Both the position numbers and the translations under genes were made by a program. Under the pieces are notes generated by a model. It did not search any database. It was given only the letters and a program-made list of their open reading frames with translations, and had not been told where the DNA came from. A stretch of DNA of 63,102 bases, counting the filler. It is 10 parts of 10 records of this genome, joined end to end, with 100 filler letters (N's around TTAATTAATTAA, not from the genome) between each part and the next. Parts side by side here need not be neighbours in the genome. Positions count along the whole stretch, not along the records: positions 26,435 to 45,253 come from SRR15195285_351; positions 45,354 to 49,005 come from SRR15195285_356; 8 more parts are not named here. One strand, written 5' to 3'. Numbering within the stretch: position 1 is the stretch's first letter; each line of letters starts with the position of its first letter. This document shows, in pieces, positions 33,901 to 45,575 of this stretch.

Positions 33901-36900
33901 CTTGCCCACCTGGTACCGACTGCTTCCGCCGATCCCCCGTATCTCATCTCTACGGCGCGAACTGGTGCAGGAGTGGGAGTCGCCCTGTGCGCGGCCATCT
34001 TGCGTGCACTATCGACGATTCGCAGCGCAAAGTCCTGGGACGTGGATGGCCTGGAGACAGCTACGGCTTGCGTAGAGGTGTTGGGCATAGCAGCTGCAAA
34101 TGGCTCAGGTCATCTTGCCTTCCACTCGCCAAACGATTCGCATGGCGCACGGTTCATCTTGTCGACACTGGAAAGCATCGACACTCACTGCGCGAAGGCC
34201 GCGACAGTGACAGTGCCATCACTAGCCTGGCGTCTGCAGAAGCAGCGTGGTAGATTCGCTATTGCCTGCCTAGACTTCATGTCTCTGCTACTGTCTCATT
34301 TGCAATGTCGAACTGCAGCATGGAATCTCGTCGCCGAACCAGAGGACTGCGTGCGACTTGTCTCACACTTTGCGGCACAACTTGCCAGCGGCCTATCGCA
34401 CAACGTTCTCGACCAGGAACGCTGGAAGGTGGCAGAGGGTTGTGCCACTGTTCTTGCACAATGCCTTGATACTGCAGTTGTTTCTACGACGGCGTCTGCA
34501 GGAATCTCTGGAATCGCAGACAGTCAGGCAAGGCTTACCGTCCTGCACAGGATTCTGCTTCCGCATGCAGAAGATTCAGCCATACTCGACTTCCTGCTAG
34601 AGGTGATCGCACAAAGCCTACGGTGGAGCCACCTTCTGGCACGGCAGGCGCGCCGGAAGGCGTTGATGGCAATGCAGCGCGTCATCGCGCGGACCCTAGA
34701 CCTGCTCCGGGCTGCTTTGTCTACTCCGGTGGATTTTCTACATCGTCATGATTTGTATCCAATGTCAGGCACCACTCTTGCTCGGCGCTTGTTCTTGATG
34801 CGAGTTAATGTGTCTGGGCCCACTAATGACCAGAATACTTCCTTGGTTGACGAGATTGCAGAGCTATGTTCCTGGAACTGTGACGGCTCCGAAACTGGTC
34901 GTGATGTGGTGCTTTCAGCGACTCGCACCATGACCGTTCTCTGCCGGCTGCTGGGTAGCCCAGACTTCGGTTGTGGAGAGACGCCTACGTCAGCGGCCAA
35001 TCATCAGAAGGCAAAAGCAAATGGGAGCCACTCCGTCGTTGGGGACACAGCTCTGCGTGGCTCCGCTACCCGTGCTATGGATGGTGGTGACCAAAAAGGG
35101 CACGCCAACCGCCCCGTGTCATGGTCGATTGTAGCGGCAGTTGGTGGTGCACGTGCCTGCCAGACATTCGTTTCGATTGCAGAGAAACGACTGTCGGAGT
35201 TCAGCATGCAGCCCGAAAGCGAGGAGCTGTACCTCGCGACGCTTGACCTGGTAGACGCTGCGATTACCTCTCGTGACGGGCTAGCAGACTTCTACGTTTC
35301 GCCGCGCTGCATGACGCTCGTGTGGGATGCGAAGCAGAACGAATCTTTGGAAAAGAAAGATGTACGGGCTGTAGTAGCGAAACTCCTTCATGCTCCCGAC
35401 CTACCAGTCCTGGAGAACGATCGCGGATGCAAAGTGGTGGAATCGGATAGAGCGAACGAGGTCGAACTAGCCTTTGCAACGCCGAGCCACTTCGCACATG
35501 CAGAGCGCATTTTCGGTTCGTTTGGACAGTACAAGCGCAGCATTGAGTTCAAGCGCGGCTCACGCGTCGTCAAATTTAGTGGTGAAGGCCTGAAGGTATG
35601 GCCAAAGCCTGCAGGGTTCTTGCAAGAGCTGCTAGGACAGTTGTCAAAGAGTCGCAGTGACAGTGACGCCACTTGCCAGCGATATGCTTCAGGCCTTGAG
35701 CTGCTGTTCAATATTCTGCAGCATTACTGTGACTATCCGCCTGTCGTGGCAGTGGTGCTGCGGCGAGACTTGCTGAAAAACATCCTGCCCGACCGCAAGG
35801 CTCCGGCGCGCCGTGCAGTCTCTGTCCATGCGATGGCTCTGGCCTGGCGGGTGGCTGGACAGTGCCTCGGAATTGCAGCCTCATGCAAGAAGGACGAAGC
35901 CACCAAAGCAAATGCGAGGTGGCTTCATGAAGATATCGAGACTTTCTTCCAGAAAACTCTCGAGCAATCGGTAGATGATATGTTTGCAATCGACAGGTCA
36001 CCACAGCGATCACTTCAAGACCGCCTCCAGTCCTTTGGGGTGGCCGCAGCTTCATTCAGATCAGTGCGTGCGATGACTTCTTCGGTCGTCCTGAACCCAC
36101 AGTTTGACACTCGGCAAGTGCTGGGACACATGTCTTTCGCTGCGCGCAGTCGTTTTTGGAACGTGCAACGCGAACCGACAGAACGCGAGCTGCTCAACCA
36201 GCTGTGGCGGCTGCGTGCAGACATGCTTGCCTTGTCTGCGGACGCTCTGTGTTACGGATACGGAGATCCACCATTGGATGGGACGCAAGCTCAGGCGGAG
36301 GGTCTGGTTTGGGCAGGAGATGATGAGTACGACCAGTATTTTTTCCAACTATCGGGTCCCATCTTGACTCACTATGAGTTTCGTGATGAAGGCGACCTTC
36401 GCACGATGCGCGGTGATACGAAAACGCACTTTCACCTTGGCGGCAGTAAGATTGTGCGAGAGACTGTCTTTTCGGTTAGTGCAGATCACAGCAGCTACCG
36501 TATCGAGTTAGAGCTTGCAGCTGGTGGGCAAATAACGTTGGAACTACACCCACGCCCACGTCAGGCATCAGGGTGGGAAGTCGCCAAAGACTCGATGCGC
36601 CGTGCAGTGCAAGATGGGATTGCATACCCCTGTCTGTACATGAAAGAGCTCACGGGCAACACTGCCACAACGGCGATTGTCATCGGAGGGGATGCATCAC
36701 ATGACGCAGTAGCTGAGGAGGAACGGAATCTTGCGGTTAAGATGTGCGCCGAGTTAGAAGGGATTGCAGGCCCACTGCTGCGTCCTTGCGCAAGAAGAAT
36801 CTTTTGCATGCAAACGGTGGCGTTGCAAGGCCACAGCGCTCTGACACAAATGGGCAGCGTTACTGTGCAAGCGTCGACTGCTTCGCAACTAGTGGCTAAC

Positions 36901-39900
36901 GTGCTCGCAAAGCTATCAACCCGTGTTTATCTGCACAGAAGCTGCCCTGGAACGGACGAGGAGATTCGAACGCAATTTCGAAAGTACGGGCGAGTGCGTC
37001 GGGCAGACCTGTGCGAAAGCAACGGCATTCGGTGGGTTCAGTACGATAATTTCGACTCGGCGGAGCGTGCCCGCTCAGCGAATGAGCAATTTGTGGACGG
37101 ACAGCGGATCAAAGCAGCCCGCTGTATGCCGCAAGGCGCGTCTGCCTTCATGCGTCGCAAAGGCTCTGGCGAGTTTTCTCTGCTCGCACAACTTGATGCT
37201 GACGTGGACGATGAGCATTTAATGCTCAGGCATGAGCCAGACTCACGAACAGACTACGCACGCTTTCTCGGCCTGCGATGTGGAAAGCAATTCTTTGCGC
37301 GTCTCACGCCGCAGGAGCATGAGAACGCATCGGAGCTGCTTCGCGCGATGTTTGCGATATGCATCGCGCTGACCATCAAATCTGACGAGGCTCTTCGTCA
37401 GTTAGGGGTGTTCCAGACTCGGCTTGCAACTGCTGTCTCCTCGATGGTTGGAGTGCATGTCCACATAGGTGGATCCATTCCCGTTGGTGTGCGAGCAAAA
37501 CTTATGAGGGCGTTGCAGCGAGGAATGCTAGCGGTCACACGTCGGCCGCCAAACGGGCAAGGGTATGTGTCGAGGCTAGAGGCATCCGCATTGCTTCTGG
37601 CCTTTCTGCTCAAATGCCGCAGCGATGGTCGCAAATCGGAGGGGCCGCTAGGTGAGCTGACTGTCTACATTCGTGAGTCAGGTTCGTTGCAATCTGAATC
37701 ACTACAGGCTAGGCTTGGTCGAATGTTTGATACCATCGACTCCGACGCATCTGGAGAGGTGGACACTAAAGAGGGCAAAGATTTTTTGGTTTCGCAAGGC
37801 GTGCCCTCCGCGCAGGCCGACCAGGTATGGACCAAGCTTCTCGCTGAGGCTGATTCCAACGGCGATGGGAAACTCGACAAGCAGGAGTGGGTGAGTGGAT
37901 TCTTCAACATTCAGGCTGGAATTCAGGGCCAAACCTTGGCATCGTCCCTGGATGAGATTCTGTTCCGGCCCAGCTCCGTACGCCACCGCTTCGACAAGTT
38001 GTTTGACAAGATCGACGTGGACAAATCTGGAACGATTGATGAACGCGAGGCGAAACAGTTCTTCTCTCGAGAAGGTGTACCGCCTGCTTTCCTTGAGCAG
38101 TTCTGGCAAGAAGTACTGGAGAAGGCTGACATTGACTCCGATGGGCACATCTCACGAGAGGAGTGGGGTTCTGTTGGCGCAGAAGTTTTTATCTCTGCCA
38201 AACGTGCAGGTCGTGTTAGTTTTGCATCATCGATCGTGGACATGACCATGTTGCTGAAGCAATGTACGACTTCGCGCTTCTTGGTTGCGAAGATTGACGA
38301 CAGCAAGATCCAGGGGGCGATCGAGGACGTTGATCAAGTTGATACTAGCGTGTATCGAGAATGCCTTTATGGTCTGACGGATCTGAACGCACCTGCCCGA
38401 ATTTTCCGCAACATGCCGTCGATTGGCATCGTTGTTCACGATCCACACAAGGTACCAGGTTTGCTAGCCGGGATGTTTCTCGAGTCGGTCAACGGTGTGC
38501 CGGTCGAAAAACTCGGCAGCTTCGATGATGTGATCGTACGGATCAAGACAGCTCAAAAGCCAGTGCGGTTGTCGATGCAAGTCCCAGAGCACGCGTCAGC
38601 ACGCATCGAGATCAGCAACCGAGTTGTCGATATGAGCCTTCCCACCTGGCGTTTCTCCGATTCCGCTAAGCTGCGTATGAGCAGGCTGTTTGACGCCATC
38701 GACTCAGATGGATCTGGGGAATTGGATGTAAACGAGTGGAAAGCTTTCCTAACCGAGCAACGCGTTGACCCTGCCAAACATGAGAAGAACTGGAACACAC
38801 TCATGGCCGAAGTTGACAAAGATGGTGATGGCAAGGTCAGTAAGGGCGAGTTCACAGAAGGTTGGCTGCGGCTGTTCGGGTGGAAAGCTGCAGCAAGAGA
38901 TGTCGAAGGTGTGTTTCGTGGGACAGCGATCGCCGATCGACCCGATGAGCTTGTCATGCTGAAGACGGCCAAGCTAACGCAGCTCGACATGGCCGGGACG
39001 CACGTCGGCGGGAGTGACACAGATGAAGATGTGGCGGGGAAGCAGTCAACAATGGCACAGGCATTGGTTCTGTGCAAGTCGTTGTTCGAGGCATCTGGTG
39101 TGACTCCTGGGGGAGTGCAGCATTGGGCGCTTGCGCGCGCAGCTCTAGCGAACCTTCTGACTATTTCCAATGAGCTTGCGAATATGGTAATGCGTGATCA
39201 GGACGGCACACACTCGCACGTATGTGGCCGAGGCACAGGGAGCGACGGGGCTGTTGTCAATGAGAGCGACGCCCGTGCTGCATTAGTTGAGCGGCTGCTG
39301 GTTAAAGAATGGGGCGAACGACTGGGATGTGACCCGTACGAGGCATCAATGCTGATCTGTGGCACCCTGCCGTCGATCTGCGCGTCGCTCAAGCATCTGC
39401 ACGTTGTTGCTGAAGACTTGGCACAATCTCCACTCAACGATCATAGCCTGCGTGAGCAGATGGAGCACGCTTTCCGCTCTCGGCGCAACATCAGCGTTGA
39501 TATCCCCAGCAGCCATCCGATGTCCGCTGCAGAGCAGCGCCCTCCACGAAAATTTACGATCTGTCCTTGTGTGCGAGGAGGGGTGGCGCAAGACGAGCGG
39601 GGGGTATTCCTGGTTGGCGATGGCCAGGCGGCGTTCGTACCCGAGTCCGGGTCTGCTTCAACAGTGGTGTTGCTTCACAACGTCACCGTCAAGACCTCCG
39701 GAGCACGTGGGCTAACATTGTCTCTGGACCGAAGAGGGGTGGCAGCTGGCGTGGTCCTGGAAGTGGGCGAACTTTTGCATCACCATGACACGCTTCAGAC
39801 AGTAGTAACATTGCGTGATGAGGCTGTGGCCAGGCATGAGGTGTGGGAGCTTGCGTTGACTACGCTGGCGGCACTTGTTCGCCAGGCTGTCGACAAACCA

Positions 39901-42900
39901 GCTGTGGTAGCGTCGCTTGTACGCTTTGACTTGGTGAGGCTGTTGTGCGCTCGACTTGCAGTGCTGCAACGCCCAGAGGTTGTGGTGCACGGCGATAAAT
40001 CCAACGAAGAGCAGCCCGACGCTTGGGGTGCATTGCCCTCCGCGCAGCTGGGAGCTGCAACTATCCGCCGTTCGGAGGCCGATACACGACTTGCTCTGCA
40101 GATCATGGACGCCCTGATCGCGATCGCAGACGTGTCCACAGGCGAGCACAGCGTGGTGCAGCTGTTGGTAGCATCTGAGGCTATTCCAGTGCTGACCGAG
40201 TTTGTGTTCGATGACGAGGAGCTCGCGGCGGCTTACGAGCCGGACGGTCGACGTGCCAGCTCACACATCTTATGGTGTCGTATTCTACGGTTCGTGTCCA
40301 CGCTCCTGCGCATCTTCCTGTCCGAGCTGCCGTACAGAGGCAACAGCACGCTAATTGCGCAGTTGATGGCGTTCATAAGTTCGCACCAGAGCCGCCTTGG
40401 CCTGCAGTGGAGTGACGCTGAGGTTGTACGTTCGATCGCATCGACGGACGCATCTGCGTTGCCCAAAGCTATTTGGCTCAGTGGTGGTGGCGTGAGAGCA
40501 GGTCGGACCTGCCCAGCTGTGGGTCTGGCGAAGCTTGGCGGGACACGCACCCTCAACATGGCCAGTGCACTGATCGCCCTACGATCACGAGGCTTAACAG
40601 AGGCGTGGCTGGAAGAGATCGAGGCAGTGTCAAGATTGCTGACAGTGGTGGGCAACTCTGCATCTGTATGGAAGTCTACGCACGCAGAAATCCTGCCTGC
40701 GCTGGTACAGCGCCTGATGGACACTGTGCGAGTGTGCACACTTGTGCTGCAGACAGATCCAGTTCGTGATGTTGCGAAATCGGCTACTGGTGAAGGTACA
40801 GAACTGGCCCCGTTGCGGAATGAAGAAGGTGGCACGTTCGGCCGAGCACAAAATGCTGCGAACGGTGGCATCCAATCCGGATCGCGCCAGTCGAGCTCTG
40901 GCAGTGACGGAGGTTGGGGCGCCAGGCAGTCCCGGAATGCCTCGCGCCGACCGTCACGTCATCGGTCGCGTCAGGAGCGGCAAGGTTCGAAGGCAAAGGA
41001 CTCTGAGTCCGAGCCGGCCGCGGAACTGAGCGCTGAGGAAAGTGCAGCCTCCTCGGGAGTGCACACATCCGACCTCTTCACACGACATTACGGGCAGGAC
41101 GAGCGCCTCTGTACGCCACAGGTATGGCATACTGCGTCTGGTGCACAATCCAGTGCAGGTGCGGGTACACCAGCTGAGCAGAAAGCTCTCGCCATTACAG
41201 TGAACCAGGGCTTCCTCACAGTGATCAAAAGTGCAACACACTGCTTACGTGCTCTCTCGCCCGCACCGCTGCCCGGCCGTGCCGTCGGTGCTGCAGGGAT
41301 CTTCTCGCTTCCTTGCTCGTCGCGACCAGATCTTCCGCCGATCCGTGACCTGCAACAGCAGATCGAACGATTTGCAGAGCGTCGCTGCGTGTCGCTACTA
41401 CGTGAGCAGGCGCGACCGATGGCGTGCTATCATCAGGGATCTGACGATTCACTCTACCGAGCTGTTGCCTTCCAGTTGAATGCTGAGATTGTCGAAGACA
41501 GCAACAGTGCCACCGGTGCAGCGGAACAGGAGCACGCTTCGGGTCCATCAGATGTCCCGTGGTGGCTAATGGCAGATAACGACCCTGAAGAGGTGATTGA
41601 GAAAGTTGGGATGGTGCTCGGTTTGCTGCAAATCTTTGACAAAGCAGACGTCGATGGATCCGGCCGCCTGGACGAAGGGGAATGTAAGGATCTGCTTGAA
41701 GCGATGTTCGATGACGACCGTCGAGAGGTCATCGACGAAGCCTGGACGAGATTGCTGAAACGCGTGTCTAAGTCCAGCAGCGCTCCAGTCAGAGGAAAAT
41801 CGCAGATCTCGAAGGACGAATGGGTTCACGTATGGATGCCACCGGCGAATCCTGCAGAGGATTGGGTTCCTCTGCGGCCATACGTGCAGCTAGGAGGGCC
41901 AATCGCTGGAGCGACTGCTTCTGGGCGTGCGGCCGAGCTGCAAAGCATATTCCGGTTAAAAGGCGTTGATGTGTACCAAGAGCTTTTCGACGAGCTTGCG
42001 AAGGCGGCGCAAGTACGGAGCAGCGGAAGTGGAAAGTCTGTGGATGCTATGGATTCAGCCCACATTGACAAGCTCCCTCGCGCCCTGGACCTCGACCGCG
42101 TGCTAGGCAAGGACGACGTGGAGAAAGTCCGTAAAGATCTGAAGCTCGCCGGCGGAGGGCAGCTTACAGCGGCAGCTTGGCGTGCGTGGCTGCAGGGCAG
42201 CACTGATTCAGTAAAGCGTATCATGCGGCTGAAGAATGAGCGGCTCGCTGACGATGAGCTTTTTGACGTGGTCGACCAGATGCGCAACGACCACGGTCGT
42301 TTTGGAATATCGGTGCGTGCCGCACCAACAGTAATGTGTCCACGTGTCCAGTTCGGAGTTGCCTGTGACCTTAAAAGCTTTCTTTTGTGTCGAACTGAGC
42401 AGAAGGAGATGACTTTCAGTGATGTTTCCTACAACGCGCGCGACGACGCTAACATCTTGCTTGCCATCGCCTACGCGTAAGTGTGCTCCACAGGCCCACT
42501 TGTAGCTGTGATTTGTCAAGCCCATCAATGCTGACGTTTCGTCGTGCCGCGGCTTGCATAGGTATAATCGGCCTGTACATGTGCTCCAGTATTCGTCTCG
42601 CCCAATTTTCAACTCTGACGAGCATGTCCCCCAGACCCAAGAAGATTGGTGCAGGAGAACGGATCAGGCAGCTCGCAGCAACGGCCTTGCGCGCGGCACC
42701 GACTGGACTACTGTGCAGCTTAACTCCCGTGGCAAGGAACGGCATCCAATTCGGCTCTCGTTGCACCTTTTCGGCAGATCGCGGTACGCTGCTGTGCTGC
42801 AGGCCAAGGCGGCACCATCGGCAGCTACCGGGCAGGACGACCCCCGCGTTGTGCGACTGCTCGAGGTGGACGGTGCACCTGCGCAGACGTCAGTGCAGCT

Positions 42901-43850
42901 ACGTCACTGGTTGGACAGCTGGTGGCAGATAGAGGATAGCGCGCTGTGGTGTCTCATTGGGCATGTAGGCCAGCTAGTCACGTCTGCCAGCGCGGGTGAG
43001 ACGGCGGCACGACAAGCAGCGGGCGCGGCAAGACGTGAGAGGTTAGCTGCAGAAGCGAGACTGTATACCGAGCAGACACGCCTACAGGCAGGCCTCGACC
43101 CAGATGCAGCCGAGCAAGAGCAGGTAAATCGTCAGAATCCCTCCAGCACTACCTCGAACACACTTGGCTGACGACATGTACCGTGCGTTCTATCCAGGTC
43201 CTGGAACGTGCTTTAGAGGTGGCGCAACAGGCTGAACTTTCGGCTGCACGAGCGGCTGTCGCACTGGCGCCATGGTAAACACCGCATGCGTAGATGCCTT
43301 TCGGGCTTTGCACGGCGGCTTACAGAACCGGCTGTATGTGCGCAGGATGGTTGACCACCGTGGCATGCTAGATGATCTTGCCGCATTGCTCCGAGCGCTG
43401 CCTCCGTCCCGAGCTGTGCGCAAGGAGACCCGGCGCATGGAGCAGCAGGCCGGGCTTGGAGGCGCGGCACTGGTGAGGGTACATGCACAGGCATTCGTCT
43501 GCCGCTCGTACAGGCCCGCCAAACTGCGCAGAGTTAGTCGCCTTTGCAAACAATCCAGTCCTTCGTTTACAGATGTGCCTTTCATGTGCAGGGGGCAAAC
43601 GGCCAATGGGTGGGGGCGGATGGCTCGGACCCGCTGGACCGAATGCTGGCTGCGCTGACGCCGGCAGTACAGCAACTGGCACACATCGTATGCTTCATGC
43701 CCGTCAACATGTCTACCTTCATACTTGCATGCGTGGCACTAATGCCATCGACGTGCTGCCACAGGCATCAAAGGCTTGCGAGACGACGGCAGTACAAGCC
43801 AGGCGACGAGATCAAGGAGGCTCGTCGGGCGTAGCTGGTAGCGGAAAACA
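30910..43850 (+). CDS. Giant Nup188-like alpha-solenoid protein with N-terminal FG repeats and inserted PH-, RRM-, EF-hand-, PDZ- and OTU-like domains
   Basis: ATG 30910 (MFGGKEN), GGFSFG repeats, Nup188-like QVSFMTNLHQKQAFQIW...ILEFYFSERLDIIRC. An ~11.5-kb open frame runs to 42480, followed by GT-AG spliced exons (ORFs 42554-43171, 43272-43658). The 3' end is approximate. Confidence 0.7.
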
Positions 43851-44523
43851 GTTCCTGGGGCAAATTACCGCAGCGGTGCGCACCATCCTGATCGTGTTGT
43901 CTGCCGTTTCAGCAGCTGCAGCGTGCAACCGCTGGGCAAAGCTGCTGAGGGACACGCGTGGGTGCTCTTGTGATTTTAGGGCTACGGCGATGACACGGGC
44001 CGGTTCTAGACTCGTGTGCTATCATGACAGTTATACAGTCGGTTTGTGCAGTCGACTGGTAGTTCCACGCCAATTATTTGCAGTGGCAGTGGGAACGGCT
44101 CTGAAGACTGTCATCAGAACTGCAGACTATCCAGCTTGATAATGACGCACATGGATTGGGCGCTACTGGCCGAGAGGTGAATGTATGACCAACCGTGTGA
44201 TGCCTGTGCACGTGATAATTCGGTTCATGAATGGTCAGTACAACCAGTGTCTTGGCAGTCTCTTCATGTCGACTGTGTGCGTCGTCGGGTGCTCAATTCT
44301 GTTTCAACAGCGGAAGTGTCCTGTGCCTTGCGCTCCACCAACGCTCGAGCACTGGTAGCAGCAACGTGGAATTTGCACAGGCATCTGGCAGTGCAGGACA
44401 CAGTCCTGGTGGGCGCTGCGCGGCAGCCCCATGGGCGCTGCGCCCATTAAGCGCTCCCGTTAGGCTGCTGCCAGCCGACGCGCGCCGGTCGTGTACTCGT
44501 AGGCATGAGAGCAGTCACTAGAT

Positions 44524-45060
44524 CTAGCTATTCTTCGTTGCGGCAGAAGACGGCGTCGCCGGTGTGACCTTGACCGGCGTTCTCCACCACTCAAGGCCAT
44601 GTGTGGCCTGGCCTTTTCTGCGTGCCACTAGCGGTTGTGTTGGTTGCGCGCCGGTAGGTGGAGCGGGTGCCGGTGCGTGCTGTTGAACAGGTGGGTTCGG
44701 CGCTACTGCCGCGACGCGCAGCCTGAATCTACCACGCTCGTGCTCAATGAATGCAGGCTTGCGCAGAGCGCCGGTGAGAGCTTGATCAGGGATATCGCCC
44801 GCGTAGAACGATTCGATGTAGCTCTTGATCGCGCCCTTGGTTGACCCTTTTTCATCCTTGAGCGCGAAGACCGCGCGGGACGCCAACATCGCGACCTCTT
44901 CCAGCGTCGGGCCGGCAAAACTACCGACAGCTGCCCTCCCAATGCTCGGCGGTCCGGGCGGTGAGAGCGGCCTTCGCGCGCTTGCACTGTCGCTGAGCGC
45001 ACGAAGGTGGCTGGATCGTTTGACTTTGATCACCGACGGAGTTGACGCACGCGCCTCCAT
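44524..45060 (-). CDS. Linker histone H1/H5 globular (H15) domain protein
   Basis: MLASRAVFALKDEKGSTKGAIKSYIESFY...ALTGALRK...GRFRL matches the H15 winged helix. It lacks the long Lys-rich tail of canonical H1. Confidence 0.7.
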   Translation of the reverse strand: MEARASTPSVIKVKRSSHLRALSDSASARRPLSPPGPPSIGRAAVGSFAGPTLEEVAMLASRAVFALKDEKGSTKGAIKSYIESFYAGDIPDQALTGALRKPAFIEHERGRFRLRVAAVAPNPPVQQHAPAPAPPTGAQPTQPLVARRKGQATHGLEWWRTPVKVTPATPSSAATKNS

Positions 45061-45253
45061 CGATGGCCGCAACTACTGTACGAACTAGCTGCCGGCGCGC
45101 GCGCACTAGGCGCCGCATGCACGCCGGCCGCGCGCTGCGCGAACGCGCGGCCGGCGATAAGCTTACTAGTAAGTTACGATACTGTACTCGGCGAAGGCCA
45201 GATCGGACGCACCCCCGCAGGAGTGCCAACAGTCTCGTTCACGCGCCGGGGTG

Positions 45254-45353
45254 NNNNNNNNNNNNNNNNNNNNNNNNNNNNNNNNNNNNNNNNNNNNTTA
45301 ATTAATTAANNNNNNNNNNNNNNNNNNNNNNNNNNNNNNNNNNNNNNNNNNNN
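45254..45353. other. Artificial contig linker
   Basis: 44 N + TTAATTAATTAA + 44 N. Confidence 0.99.
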
Positions 45354-45575
45354 TTTCGTATACACAATCTGGCCACTTATCCGGGCTGCACCCCGCGGCC
45401 GATCTGAGTGTCACGCGGCTCCCATTTTCGCGGCATGGCAATGCATGCTGTGCGGCGCGATGCGACTCGCGCCCGGCCGGCGGCGCGCCGCGGTATCGTA
45501 TCGTAGCCTGGAAGGCGGGACTGCGGAGGTCAAGGACGGACTGCCTGGCGGGGCTCCGTCCGTCGGTCCCGGCCG

